Of a DNA stretch of 64,000 nucleotides, positions 12,801-26,240 are shown one piece after another. Source of the DNA: Scyliorhinus canicula (taxonomy: Eukaryota). The DNA lies in assembly GCF_902713615.1 (NCBI RefSeq), contig NW_024055837.1:1-64000 (forward strand), written 5' to 3'. Within the stretch, counting starts at the first letter, position 1. The number at the start of each line of letters is the position of its first letter. The translations under genes and the position numbers were made by a program. The notes below the pieces were generated by a model, which worked only from the letters and a program-made list of their open reading frames with translations, had not been told where the DNA came from and made no database searches.

Positions 12801-15702
12801 ACGGCCCTGCTCGTGGATAGTGCCCCCAGTTCCGCCTGTAGCCTCCGCCTTTCCCTGAGTAAAACCTCCCCCGGGGACTCCGCGTGCTCTTCATCTATCC
12901 GGCCCATTTCCCTGACCAATCTATCCATCTCTGCCCGGTCTGCCTTGGCTTTGTGGGCCCCAATTGAAATCAGCTCCCCCCGAACTACTGCCTTTAGCGC
13001 CTCCCACACGGTCGCCGCTGAGACCTCCCCAGTGTCATTCACCTGCAGGTAATTTTTTATACATTTCCGAAGCCTCTCGCAGATCCCCTCCTCCGACAGC
13101 AGTCCCACATCTAGCCTCCATTGCGGGCGTTGATAACTCGCTCCCCCGAACTGCAGGTCCACCCAATGCGGGGCATGGTCTGAAATGGTAATTGCTGAGT
13201 ATTCCGTGTTCTTTACCTCCCCCATACAGTCCCTGCTTATTACAAAGAAATCTATCCTGGAATATACTTTATGGACGTGCGAGTAAAACGAGTAGCCCCT
13301 TCCTGTTGGCTGTCCCTCTCTCCAGGGGTCCACTGCCCCCATTTGCCCCATAAACCCTTTCAGCTCCCTTGCCATTGCTGAGAGTCTACCCGTTCTGGGA
13401 CCCGACCGATCCAAAGTCGGGTCAAGGACCATGTTAAAGTCCCCTCCATTATTAGCTTGCGAGAATCCAAGTCCGGGATCTTCCCCAGCACTCTTTTAAT
13501 AAAGTCCACGTCATCCCAGTTCGGGGCATATATATTCACCAGCACCACCCTTCTCCCCTCCAGTCTGCCCCGTACCATCAGGTATCTGCCCCCCCTGTCT
13601 GCAGATATGCCCTCTGCCTCAAATTGCACGCGCTTGTTGATCATGATTGCCACCCCTCTGGACTTCGAGTCCAAGTCCGAGTGGAAGACCTGGCTAATCC
13701 AGCCCTTCCTTAGCCTGGTCTGGTCAGACACTTTCAGATGTGTCTCCTGCAACATAATTACGTCCGCCCTCAGGGCCCGCAAGTGCGCGAACACCCGCGT
13801 CCTCTTAACCGGCCCATTCAGTCCCTTGACGTTCCAGGTGATCAGCCTGGTCGGGGGGCACATCCCACCCCCCCCACCCCGCCGGTCAGCCATAGCCTTT
13901 CTCGGGCCGGCCCCTGACCCGTGCGTCGCGCCATTCCTGGCCCGCCCTTTGGCTGCCTCCACCCTCGACCTCCTTTCCAGTGCCTATTTCAAGTCCCTCT
14001 CCCGTCAGCAGAACAACCCCCCCCCATCCCCTAACCCCATCCCCCGATACCCCACCCCCGCCATCTACTGGCTGTTACTTCCCCCCCCATCTGACTTCCT
14101 TGACTAGCCAATCTGCTAGCCCGGTGACTCAACACTCCGGCGCCTTCCTGTCCCATTCCCCTTGTTTCCCGCCCTCCTCCCCACCCACTGGGGCAAGCCG
14201 GCTCCAGTGTCTTCCGCGAGCTGCACAAAAAGCCCAAACAGGAAAAAAAAAAAAAAAAACCCCATAAAAAGGGAAAAAAACCACAGAAAAAAGAGAAAAA
14301 GCACATAAATGTCCATGAACAAAGGAAAGAGTCTCAAATGTTCCGCTTGGCCCCTTTGGCCCAGCAAACCGTTGAGCAGCGGTCCAGGCACATTCGGCGT
14401 TCCTTCCCACAAAAATCCTCGGGCCCTAACTCGCGTCCTTGGGGCCTCCTTTCGGGACCAGCCCAGGTCCCTCACAAAATCCATCGCTTCTTCGGGCTCG
14501 GAGAAGTAGTGGGTTGACCCTGGTGCGTGACCCATAGCCGGGCTGGGAACAGCAGACCAAACTTCACGTGCTTCTTGAACAGCACCGCCTTGACATTCTT
14601 AAAGGCTGCTCGCCGCCGAGCCACCTCCTGGCTTAGATCCTGATAAATGCGGAGAACACTGTTGTTCCACGTGCTGCTCCTGGCGCTCTTTGCCCACTGC
14701 AGCACCCGCTCCTTGTCCACGAACCTGTGGAACCTAATCACCATCGGGCGGGGGGGTCCGCCCGGCCGCCCCTGCCTTGCCTGCACTCTGTGTGCCCCTC
14801 CAGCTCCAACGGTCGTGGAAAGGCTTCGGCTCCCATCAGCTGCTTCAGCAGGTCTGCTACAAACGCTGCAGCATCAGCTCCTCCGCCCCCTCCGGGAGGC
14901 CGACCATCCTCAGATTGTTCCTGCGGATTCTATTCTCCAGCTCCTCCACTCTGTCCAGCAGTCTTCTCTGCCGCTCTTTCAGGCCGTCCACTTCTACCGC
15001 TGCAACCGTTTGCGCATCCGCCTGCTCCTCCACCGCCTCTCCCAGCTCCTTAACTTTCACATCCTGGGCGTCCATCCTCTGGTTCAGCTGATCCACCGCT
15101 TTCTGGATTGGGTCCAAGCTGTCCCGCTTCAGCGCTTCAAAACTGGACTTCATTACCTGGAGCATGTTATCCAGCGCCAACTGGATTGCTGAGTCCGGGG
15201 TCCGTGTGTCCGCCATCTTAGGTCCCGGGTAATTTTCTTCAGGTCCTTGTCTCTGTCCCTTTTCTCCTTCTTCTTCTGCCTTCTGGAATCCCGCTGTTCC
15301 ATATGCCGCAGCCCGCTCCTCAGCGCCTTCGCTGCCGCTTTCCTTTGCCCAGCACCTTAAATTTTACCCCCTCCTGGGCATCTGAAGTGGGTCCAAGCTG
15401 TCCCTCCTCAGCAACTCCAAACTTTTTTTTCCCTTTGTCCTGGAGGAAAGAAGGTCCGTGGGTCCGCCATCTTACCCTGCAGGTCAGCTTCCTCCTTGCC
15501 TCCGTCTCTCTCTCTTTCTTCCTCACCTGCTGGCCTCCCACACTTTCATTTTCTGCAGCCCGCTCTCCTCTTCTGTTCCCCGGCAGCCTTTCTGCCGCCT
15601 CCGTGGTCCCGCTATCGCGGGGGAAACAGCTGTTCAGTCCCGCCGGAGTGAGAGCCCACCGAATGTGCGGCTCCCTCGGACATCGCCGCCACCGGAAGTG
15701 CC
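9881..15702 (-). mobile_element. Full-length L1-clade (L1/Tx1-like) LINE
   Basis: 5' end GGCACTTCCGGTGGCGGC; ORF1 (14472..14786, 14857..15216: RRNNLRMVGLPEG, RIYQDLS); ORF2 endonuclease (13360..13962: TWNVKGLN, LQETH, NIYAPN), RT (10859..13432: GTRQGCPLSP, LYADD) and C-terminal Cys motif (10228..11142: CARC..HMFWAC); AATAAA/A-tail at about 9881-9905. Confidence 0.92.
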
Positions 15703-16089
15703 TTGGATTTGAGTTTATTATCACGTGTACCGAGGTACAGTGAAAGTATTGTTCTGCGTACAGTCCAGACAGATCGTCCATACATGAAAAAACAAAGTGC
15801 AGATCTTGGCAGTTTGCTCAGTTCACAAAAGAATTTAATGGCTTTGTAGACGCAGATTAATATTTAATCACCATCCGAAACATATCTGATAGTAATGTAT
15901 GCTCATCTCGACAGACACAAACGATACAGTAACTGAATTAGAGGAAATGACAGAGATTAGTGGAGCCGTGTACCAGAAATGGTTGTCCAAGAAGAATTAG
16001 TTTGAGCAGCGAAGCTGACTGTAGAACCTGCAGCACGGGAAAGCATAGCAGAGGCGCAGGATCCCGGTTTGGTGGCACAGTGGTCAATG

Positions 16090-17930
16090 TTACTGCGGGT
16101 GGAGTTCATTCAGGAGCTTCGCCAAGCAAATGAAGGAAGGGTTAGACCCGATTTGAGGCAACGATTGATTGGGTGGAACAAGGCCTGGATGCCCAAGGAC
16201 TGGCGATCCAGAAGGTGTCCAAGCACGAGGACCATTTAACCACATTGGAATCAGAGGTGGGGCTGATGAGGGACCACCAGAAAAAGTTGCAGGAGGACCT
16301 GGAGAACAGGTCCCAGAGACAGAACCTGAGGATTGTCGGCCTCCTGGAGGGCAGTGAAGGGTCGGACGCAAGGGCATGTGTGACAAATATGCTGGAAAAG
16401 CTGATGGGAGATGGGGCGTTTTCTCGACCCTTGGAAGTGGACAGGGCGCATCGAGCGCTTGGGAGTAAGCCACGAGCGATATGAACCCCCAAGGGTGATC
16501 CGGGTGCGAATGCACCGGTTCCTGGATAAGGAGCGGATTTTGCGGTGGGAAAAGCAGACACGGAGCTGCAAGTGGGAGAACTGTGAGCTGCGCATCTACC
16601 AAGACCTGGGCGTGAAACTGGCCAAAAGACGAGCTGGATTCAATAGGGTAAAATCGACCCTCTTCAAGCACGGGGTGAAGTTTGGGTTGTTATACCCAAT
16701 GCGTCTGTGGGTCACGTATGAGGGCCAAGAACTTTACCTTGAATCGCCGGATGAAGCGATGGACTTTATCAAGACCAAAGGCTGGCAGGGGTTTGAGGGC
16801 ATTGAACCTTGGGGGAGGGTATTGCGGCCTCGATTCTGTTAACGGTTTCTTAGTTTTGATCTGTATATGCAGTGCTCTCTGTAACAGTTTTCTAGGCTGT
16901 TACTCAGATTGTAAGTTAACTTTGTTTCAGTAGGTAGATGGTGGAGGGAATTTTTCTACTGTGTGTTGATTGGGGACTGTGATGTTTTGAATCTGTATGT
17001 TCGAGGGAGGGGGGGGGGGGAGAAGAGAGAACAATAGGGGAGAGGATGTCTGGTACCATGGGTGGGTTACCAGGCTAGGTGGGCTAAATCACGGAAGTGC
17101 AGTGGGGGAGCGGGTGGTGAGCAAGTGGTAAGTTTGTTAAGGAGGGGTTGGGATTCTGGTGCTGCTAAGAGTGGGGCGGAGGGGGAAGAGGGAGCTGCTC
17201 TGCTGACAGAGGAGAGATTTGCTGGGAGAGAAAGGGGAGGTTGAGGACAGTGGATGCCCGAGGGCGGCCCCATGGGGACGAGCGGCACGAGCTGGAGGCT
17301 GGCCAAAGAAGGATGATCGGTTGGGGAGGGGGAAACAGGCAGGCAGCCTCCTGACTAGGCTGACCACATGGAACGTGAGAGCTGAATGGGCCGGTTAAGA
17401 GGGCTCGCGTGTTCGCACATTTGAGGGGATTGAAGGAGGACGTAGCAATGATACACCTGAGGGTAATAGATCAAACCAGATTGAACAAGGGATGGAGCGG
17501 CCAAGTATTTCATTCGGGGCTGGACGTAAGACTAGGGGGAGGGGGGTCACGATCCTGATCAACAAACGGGCGGTATTTGAGGCAGGGAGAATAGTGGTGG
17601 ACGTGGGGGGCAGGTACATCATGGTGAGTGGGAAGCTTGAGGGGTTGCTGGCGGTACTTGTGAATATACATGCACCAAACTGGGACGATGTGGAATTCAT
17701 GAGGGTGTTGGATAAGATCCCGGACCTAGAGTTGCATAAGCTGATCATGTGGGGTGGGGAGAGGCTGCAGTATGGTCTTGATCCAAGGTTGGACCGGTCG
17801 AGGTCAAGGACAGGGAGGGTGCCAGTAGTAGTGGAGGAACTAAAGGGGTTCATGGAGCAAATGAGGGGGGTGGGAGGAGGTAGACCCATGGATGTTCGGA
17901 CCGCCAAGAGTGAAGGACTTTTTTATTCTG
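16090..17930 (+). mobile_element. Second L1-clade element: ORF1 plus endonuclease start, 3'-truncated
   Basis: ORFs 16173..16484 (RQNLRIVGL), 16411..16842 (LRIYQDL) and 17492..17950 (NIHAPNWDD). Confidence 0.85.
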
Positions 17931-17985
17931 AGCAGGGCTGTCGGGTCTAGTTGACGCTGAATATTCACCAATTGCTGTGTCGGAC

Positions 17986-18518
17986 TGACAATCCTGATTC
18001 TTTTACTGTCAGTCTGGTCTCAATAAAATTTGAGACGGATTTGCAGGTATCAATTATTGTGTATTTTAACCAGCTAGCTGGGTGACTCAATCTACTGGGA
18101 GAGCAGAACACGACCACTGTCTCCTGAATCTTCAACAGCCAGAGTGAACAACGGGGCAAAACATTTCTGTACAGATGCATTCAAGTTGCATCAAATTTCA
18201 CATACATACGACCAAATAAGGCAACAGTAATGAATGCAAAATTCCCACAGGCTATCCCGATACACTTCTTGACCTGGCCATATATCCTGATTGGCTCATT
18301 TCACATTCCTCAGCCCTGGGTTCACTTCACATTCTTCAGCCCTTTGGGGGGGGGGGGGGGGGGGGCTTTCGCTCAGCATTCTCGTCCTAGCAATTACCCA
18401 TCCCCCCTTCCTGACCCTGCTTCGCTCCGTTCCTTTGTTCCGGCTCCTATACCCGGGTATCCCCATTATCCTAACTAATTATCCCATTTTGTATCACATT
18501 CGTTTGTTCAATTCCTCA
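17986..18518 (-). mobile_element. ERV 3' LTR with adjacent polypurine tract (18519-18530, AAAAGGAGGGAA on minus)
   Basis: TG..CA termini; collinear with the 25852-26401 LTR. Confidence 0.85.
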
Positions 18519-18529
18519 TTCCCTCCTTT

Positions 18530-20335
18530 TATCATTTCATGATAACCTATTGGTCCAATCCCTAGCTGTGCTCAGGATTCTCCCCTCGCAGGATTCTGCT
18601 GAGAGCACCCGCACGCAGAGGGGCAGGGGACTGTGGTAGGGACTAGAGTCCTGATAGCGATTTGGCGGGGAAATGGAGGTGACAAAACATTGGTCGCTGT
18701 GCCATTAAAAGGGAAGTAGTATCCTTGATGCGTATACATGCTAGCATCACAATCAGTATATCGGTTGAGCAGGGATCCCCCAGTAGCCCAGTTTATCCAA
18801 CTTTGGAATGCCCATTCGGGCTTCCTAGCAATGCGGAAAGCTCAATTCTCGTACGACCGGGAGTCTCTATTGGGAGTGAAGTGGCTGGGTATATTCGCCC
18901 TCCACCGTTGAAACTTATACTGTGAATGGGAGTTATCCCAAGGAAGGGGAAGGCAAATAGCTGGTGGGGCCGAACCCTGATCGTAAGGAAGAGTAACTTG
19001 CTCGGGCGGTGGCTCGGAACGCTGACAGTGAACCACTGTTTTGGGGAGTTCCCCAAAGCAGTGAGACGGAAAATAACTTAGACACCGATGCGGGGTTTGG
19101 GTAGCAGACAACCCGTCCCTGGCCATACAAGCGGTGGTAGATTTGGTAGAAGAGATTCATGATGCCCAGGTTCCCTTTGTTCTGGGTCCTAAGTGAAGTA
19201 AATATATCTCCTGATAACCTACGTTCCCGTCGTGCCCCCCGTCTCACCATCTCCGTCCTCTCGCTTTTCCTCCTCTCTCCCCGACAACCTCCCCCCCCCC
19301 CCCCCCCCCCCCCGGGCACGGTCTGATTTTACCTTTATAGCACCAGTCTTATCACATCCAAAATCAAATTTACAATTACTCCAAAAACAAGGCAATATCC
19401 ATGCAATGTTCCCTTCCCCTCGCCAGGACCGATATAATTGTTCGTTGTCCATTAACTTGATAACCTTCCATGAGTCGACACTATTCCCTCGTACATGGGG
19501 GCAGCAGAGAACGTCACCTCTACAGAAGTGAAATGTCCTTGTAGTTTGGTCGGGATTACAGGTATAAGATGGTGTTCAAAGTGAGGCGAAGCCGGGGACA
19601 GCACAGGCGGCCCGCATCCAACCCGTCATGCTCCACACCTGTAAAACAGCGCTGGGGAAAGGGGGCAGGTTAGTGACCGACCTTTTTGCAGTGGTGGAGG
19701 TGGACCCAAGCACTCCACCCCTCCACTTGAACTGCAGTGAGGGTAGTAAGGATAACTTGGAAGGGCTCCTTTCACTGTGGCTCCAACCCTTTCCGAGTCC
19801 AGTTCTTAACCATGACATAACTACCAGGCTGCACTGATTTTTCATTTTTCAAGCGAGCTATGTAATGGGGACGGTGACTGGTGAGCTGCTCGAACCTGGC
19901 CATGGAGTTCCTTGACGGCTGGAACATGGTTAGTCCTTTCTTCAGTCATATGGTGAAACTGCACCAGTCTGGGAACAGGCAGGTTCCAGGGGGTTCTAAT
20001 GGGCCTGCCGTAAAAGATCTCGGCAGGAGAGAGTCGGGCCGATCCCGCAGGTATGACCCACAGCTGGAAGAGGGCCACGGGGAGCACCTTAACCCACGTT
20101 AACCCCCCTGTCCACTCGTAATTTGGCCAATTTGGTTTTGAGGGTCTGACTGTGTCTCTCAACCAAGCCTGGCGTCTGTGGCCAGTGCGCACAGTGGAAC
20201 TGCTGGCGTATGTCCAACTGGGAGCAAAATTCCTTGTTAATCTGTCCAATAAAATGGGGCCCGTTATCAGAACTTAACAGCTGGTATTCCGTACATAAAC
20301 ACCTCATCACATTTTTACAGCCATTGGCTCTCCCT
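18530..20335 (-). pseudogene. Class I (gamma/epsilon-like) ERV integrase C-terminal half and env-like remnant
   Basis: LLSSDNGPHF (SDNG at 20260-20271), GLVERHSQTLK, SPAEIFYGRP and EPFQVILTTLTAVQVEGWSAWVHLHHCKR (about 19680-19770); Cys-rich degenerate ORF downstream with no clear TM subunit. Confidence 0.7.
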
Positions 20336-20869
20336 CCAGCTTCCGTCTGGTGTGATGGTCACCAGTAACGGGATGTCATCTTGGTGCGTGGTGATGGGCC
20401 GAGACTATCGGCATCATCCGAGCCATAGCCAGCTTACAACACATATTAAGGCATCCAATGATTATACAGTATACAATTATAATAACAAGTATCAATCCAT
20501 GCATCAGGTAAAACCCCATGACCGAGCTATGAAAGCTAACTCTGAGCTGAATCCTGCTGTAGGGTTTATATCCCTCTTATAGCTGTACTGTCTAGCAACT
20601 ATCCCGCATCCTTGTCATTCGTATGTACATTTCATGATTTGTAAACTGCACGGAAATCAATGGTAAATGCATCCATCTCGCAGACCAGTGTCGATAGACC
20701 CTTTGTATTGTTCTTTCCTCAAGTCCAATCACCGTGAACCATAGCTGTCACCGCTCAGGAAGGTAACACAGTAGCTATGTCCGCGTGTTCCACTACCTCC
20801 AAGGCATCTGACTACCTTGGGGTAGCAGCACCGTAGAAGCTTCCTCATGTCCCTTAGAAACAGCACACA

Positions 20870-23800
20870 ACTCAGTCCATCAGCGACCAACGGGTCTTTT
20901 ATCCCTCACTTTTTTTTTAGGAACTGCTTTCCGTTTCTCAATGGAATGACAAATTATGATATTATGTATTATCCACTGATTACCTTGCTTTATTAATTGC
21001 AGGAGCTTCAACCGATCCTGTTTCTATTCCTGACTTCCTTACACTAACATCAAACATTGTACTGAACCATGTAGTCTGCCAGCCCTGGCTTACTTGAGAC
21101 AATAGCTCAGTTTTCTTCAAACCCCTTTCATCCGTTATCATTTTCCTTACAGCATGAAGTGTATACTTGCCATTATTTGTTTGTTTGTCTTTTTTTTTAC
21201 TTTGCAATGACACTACTCGCACATTTAATGCAGTTAACCTTTGGGGTTACAACCCAATTAAATCCATACATAACAGTCCCTAACAACTTACAGGACATTT
21301 CATCTGTTATACTCTCCAATGCTATATTGGTTGCTGCATTGGTTACAAATTTCCCCTCGTGGCATCAAGTTGTCAAGATTCTTAAACTATTGTCATTTAA
21401 AATACGGGGGTTCCTCGTCAGTCGCTGCTGTCTGCCGAGACCCTTATTAACTCTATCGCATAAGACTCGCCTCATGGAGACCACAGATCATCCATCAGCT
21501 AACGTCCAGTTCGAGATCTCTGACCGGACGTTTCACTTATTCGGTAATTTGATATTTTGATTTGTTTCTAACCCGTAAGGTTTTTCTTCCGGGCTCTATC
21601 ATTTAATTCCCTCAAATATGTCACCAATTGTATCGTTAGTTTTCCCCACATACTGTCTGAAACATTCTTCTCCGGCATGTTGTTCAGGTTCTTCATCTGT
21701 ATTATTGTTGCTTCATCTGAAACCCAAATGAACAGGTCAAAGGCGGAGAGGGCCCTGTTTCTTGATTTGTATCTTCCTATCCTTGCTTGGATGTTCCAGA
21801 AGTACCCTCTCCAGGACTTTCGGATTTCCATTGCCACCATTCCTCTTTTTCTAATTCAGTGATTCAATCAGGTCGAAACTTTCCCTGATACTTTTCGGAT
21901 ATTGCTACTGCATCTACTTCAATGTTTTTAATTCTGATTGTGACAGGATTTTGTTTGAAAGCTAACTTCCGAACATGAAATTTTCACTCTATCATCTGTC
22001 CTTTTTCCCTTGTCTGAGCGGTTGGGGGATATGATCTATCCTGTGGCACGGCATCATTGCAGTGATACAGTCTCTAAGCACTGTCAGGCTAATTTCATGT
22101 CCCCAGGTCATCCCAACAGCATAAACTACGTACTCCCTCACTAATCGATACCACAAGTTTGTCACTTGTCCACAAGCTTGCACACTCTTTCCCAATCACT
22201 TGTCGCCAGCTAGGTTTTCTCCGCAGTAATTACAATTTGTCATTAGCACACCATCCCATGGTCAAAATCTATCTTGTGGCCACAAACTTCAATCATCAGT
22301 GATGCCTGATGTTTCACAAAACAATCATGACTAACTGAATTCCCCAAGTTTCCCTGGGAGCCAAAGCATTTCCCCATTTCTGTCGTTCTAAATGCAATAT
22401 CAAATCGTCTGACTACGCTGTATCTGTCATTCACCTAGGTTTCATATATTTAGAATTTACAGTGCAGAAGGAGGCCATTCGGCCCATCGAGTCTGCACCG
22501 GCTCCTGGAAAGAGCAACCCCACCCAACACTAAGGGCAATTTTGGACACAAAGGGCAATTTATCATGGCCAATCCACCTAACCTGCACATCTTTGGACTG
22601 TGGGAGGAAACCGGAGTACCCAGAGGAAACCCACGCACACACTGGGAGGATGTGCAGACTCCGCACAGACAGTGACCCAAGCCGGAATCGAATCTGGGAC
22701 CTTGGAGCTGTGAACCGATTGTGCTATCCACAATGCTACCGTGCTGCCATATGATTACTCCTTGACCAAACTACTGGGCTACAGGACGTGCCACACCTTT
22801 GACACGATGTTTCATTATGTTCACAATGAATCATTTTAAACTGGGGACCAATTCTCTAATTCAACTTCCCCCGTGCTTCTATCAGCTGTGATTTAAAAAG
22901 TACAAATTACTTTTGCTGCTCCTAGGAAAAAGAGGGCCTGCATACTCTCATGACCATTCCTCCATCGGTGTTTCTGTTTCTATGCTACTCCCTGTTTCGC
23001 CACCATTTTCTTTCCTGAAATGTTTAAAATGGATGCCCATCTAGCTTGTTTTCGTCCTCAACTTTACTACCATCTGTATGTATCAACTCTGTTTTGCTAA
23101 CTGATTTATCAAGTTTCTGTCCCTTTGTAATGTTATGAATAAACATTAAGGCAGGGTGTGAAAGAATGGTTTCCCATCTTTCCCATCGAGCTATATTCGC
23201 GCCTTGCTGGCAACCCTGTCTCTTGGTTAACTCTTGTCAATTCTAAAATTCAGTTTTAACCCACTGCTATCCTTTTTTGTTATGGCTGCCAGACATTTTG
23301 CGATGTCCGAAAACCTTTATCCAGCTCTTGCCCAATTTCCTATCAAATTTTGATAGGTGTCTGAGTACTATGATTAGCAAGCATGGTACCCTATCCATTT
23401 GCTTACAGATCAAATTTAATGCTCAAATCGTCCCTTCATGTCTCTCCTCTAATGGCCTGGATGTTGCTACAACTGTTTTTAACTAGTCCAAACTGTGCTT
23501 CACTGGTCCAACTAAAATCCCTTTTCCAAAGTTTCATAAATGGATCTAGCATAAAGACTAAAGTCTTCCACTACTGGTCTCAAATACCCCAAATTTCTCA
23601 TGATTTGCTGAACCCCACTTCATGAAATGGGCGCTGTGATTCTAGTAACTTTCTCTCTCATCCCTACCTGCCTTTGACACTGATGCTCCTGCCAATCTGA
23701 CATTTCTTTACCCCTATTTTAAATCCTACTTCACTAAGTGTTTTAATAATTTTGGTCACTCTTTCAACATGTGTCCCCTGATCATCATCTCCAATTAACA

Positions 23801-24620
23801 CATCATCAATATATACTAAAGCGAAGTCATCTTTAATCAGCTCCCTTACTATTTCCTGAAAGTGATTCGGGGAATTAACATACCCCTTGTGTCAATTTAC
23901 AGTATGCACAATGTTTAGTGTCAAAGGTAAAGGCTGTCTCTTCCCTGTTCTTTACTCAGAGAGTAGTAAGGGCGTGGAATGCCCTGCCTGCAATAGTAGT
24001 GGACTCGCCAATACTAAACGCTTTCAAATGATCATTGGATAGGCATATGGACGATAAGGGAATAGTGTAGAGGGCCTTTAGAAGGGTTTCACAGGACGGC
24101 TCAACATAGAGGGCCGAAGGGCCTGTACTGCGCTGTAATGTTCTATGTTGTCTGGGTCTAATGGAACACTCCAGAAACAGTTGGCTAAATCTATAGTAGT
24201 TAAATAAGTTTTGCCTGCCACCTTTCCAACGTAGTTTGTGAATTTCTTAAATACCGTTTATCCTTTTTTTGTGACCTTCGTTAATGCTTTGTAATCCATT
24301 ACCATTCTAAATGTACCATCAGGTTTGCTAACTGTCTGAAGTGGGCTCTTCGTCGATGCATATGTGACTTCTTGAATGATTCCGTGCTGTTCCAAGTCTT
24401 TGATCATTATCTCCAGCTCGCATTTGGCACCTCGGGTCAAGGGGTATTGCTTTTACGGCCTGTGTCGGTTTCCCTGAATTGTGTGCTGGAATTGTGTGCT
24501 GATTACCCCTGTGTCATTCTTTCTTTTGCTAGTTTTGCTTTCACTATTTCCTCCAGTTACCAGTCAGTTTTTATATCTTAATTTTTCTTTTTATGCATCT
24601 ATTTTATTAATCTTTTCCTG
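20870..24620 (-). pseudogene. Degenerate retroviral pol (RT, tether, RNase H, integrase) of spuma/loki-like appearance
   Basis: HTIQGNRHRP*KQYPL, SPLQTVSKPDGTFRMVMDY, LVYIDDVLI (YIDD 23802-23813), ARWERWETIL, IHTDGSK (TDGS 23066-23077) and MDLIG..NGKY; interrupted by a CR1 tail (about 23940-24150) and a SINE (22449-22749). Confidence 0.65.
22449..22749 (-). mobile_element. V-SINE (HE1-like); similar copies at 28352-28675 (-), 61392-61755 (+), 27772-28090 (-), 53230-53550 (+)
   Basis: V core plus tail GGGCCGAATGGCCTCCTTCTGCACTGTAAATTCTA. Confidence 0.85.
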
Positions 24621-25831
24621 CCATCAGATTCTCATTTCCTGATACTGCAAGTAATATTCCCAATCTAAGCTCCAGTCCCATATCTTTATTCCCTAAAGCT
24701 CCATCAGCTTGCAAGGCAGCGGGCACTAGGACCTGGTGGAGCTGTGCCATATCACTTCCATCGCCTCAGACTCATCTAGATCCCTTTGTTCCAGGACTAT
24801 GCCGAGTTCAAACTAATCATTTACAAATCCCAATTCATACATTTTGATTTCGCTTTTTGTTTACTTCCTGAGAATTGTGTCCTAATTAACTCCCACAATG
24901 TTAATCATTATTACAGATTTTCTAAAGAACTTTCAAATACTAACCCCGTTTTAAATCTCACTTTAACTGCCGTATATTCGCTCCTCCTAATTGATGTGCA
25001 ACTTCGTTTTGCTGAACACAACATTTTAATAACTAGGAATACCAGAGGAAGTTCACAAATTCTTATTAAACAGGCTCATTCATTCGTTGGAGATCTCCGT
25101 TCAAACAAAAGGAATTCAAAGCATTATACTTCCATTCATCTCAACCAACCGAACAATAAAAGTTTGAATTTGCAGAGAACCCACAATATAATTTTAACAA
25201 TCCTGAGAGCTCCACTTTCCGATATAGTTCTAAACTTCTGGTTCCCCCTAGTGGCCATTCATCTCCCAATTCGTTGTTTCACCCATATTCCCAAGAATAA
25301 ATTTTTAATTTAGCCAATTCTAATTGTACGGAATTGAATTGCCTCCAGAACATTCCATCAGCGGTCTTAACTGAATTGTCTCTGTGACATTCCCTCAACC
25401 CGTTAAAGACCTTAACCGAATTAAAGTGTAATTTAATATAACCAATTTTAGCCAATTCTAATTGTACGGAATTGAATTGTCTCCAGAATATTCCATCAGC
25501 GGTCTTAACTGAATTGTCTCCGTGACATTCCCTCAACCCGCAATCAACCTTTAACTGAACTAACACTATATTACCCTCAGTTCTCATCAACCCTCAGTCG
25601 TACCTACATCGACTGAAATTAATTCTTCTAATCCGCCAGACTGACCTTTGATTTCATCTAGACGATCTTACCTGATCAAATGCGAGTGATTATACTGTAA
25701 TCAGATTCGAGAGAGAGGAAAATCGACATGGTCATTTTCCAGCTACTCATTTCGTGGGCCCATTTCCTCTTTCCCCGTCCGAGATCAGTCCAATTCTGAT
25801 TTCGCAGATGAGAGGGGATTGTCTGGAGAAA

Positions 25832-25849
25832 TCCCGGATTTCAGCACCA
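25832..25849 (-). other. Primer binding site complementary to tRNA-Phe
   Basis: Minus strand TGGTGCTGAAATCCGGGA versus the tRNA-Phe PBS TGGTGCCGAAACCCGGGA (2 mismatches), 2 nt inside the 5' LTR. Confidence 0.75.
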
Positions 25850-25851
25850 AA

Positions 25852-26208
25852 TGATAATCTGATACTTTTGCTGTCAGTCTGATCGCAATAAAATTTGAGA
25901 CGGATTTGCAGGTATCAATTATTGTTTATTTTAACCAGCTAGCTGGGGTAACTCACTCTATTGGGAGAGCAGGACACAACCAGTCTCCTGCCTCTTCAAC
26001 AGCGAGTGAACAAAAAGGACAAAACATTTGTGTACAGACACATTCAAGTTGCCTCAGATTTCACATACATACGACCAAATAAGGCAACAGTAATGAATGC
26101 AAAATTCCCACAGGCTATCCCTATACACTTCTTGACCTGGCCATATATCCTGATTGGCTCATTTCACATTCCTCAGCTCTGGGCTCACTTCACATTCTTC
26201 AGCCTTTG

Positions 26209-26240
<32 letters not shown>

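Noticed and set aside
9870-15715. Target-site duplication for the full-length L1
   Set aside because: Flanks GGGTTCAGTC and TTGGATTTGAG do not match.
12669-15743. Long plus-strand ORFs (12669..13052, 13457..14107, 14647..15192 and others)
   Set aside because: Antisense shadows of the GC-rich L1 ORFs.
24786-25590. ORFs 24786..25313 (+) and 25279..25590 (-) as novel genes
   Set aside because: They lie in the ERV leader/gag remnant. The minus ORF reflects a 138-bp tandem duplication (25309 and 25447), and only a weak WPLGGT matrix-like motif follows.
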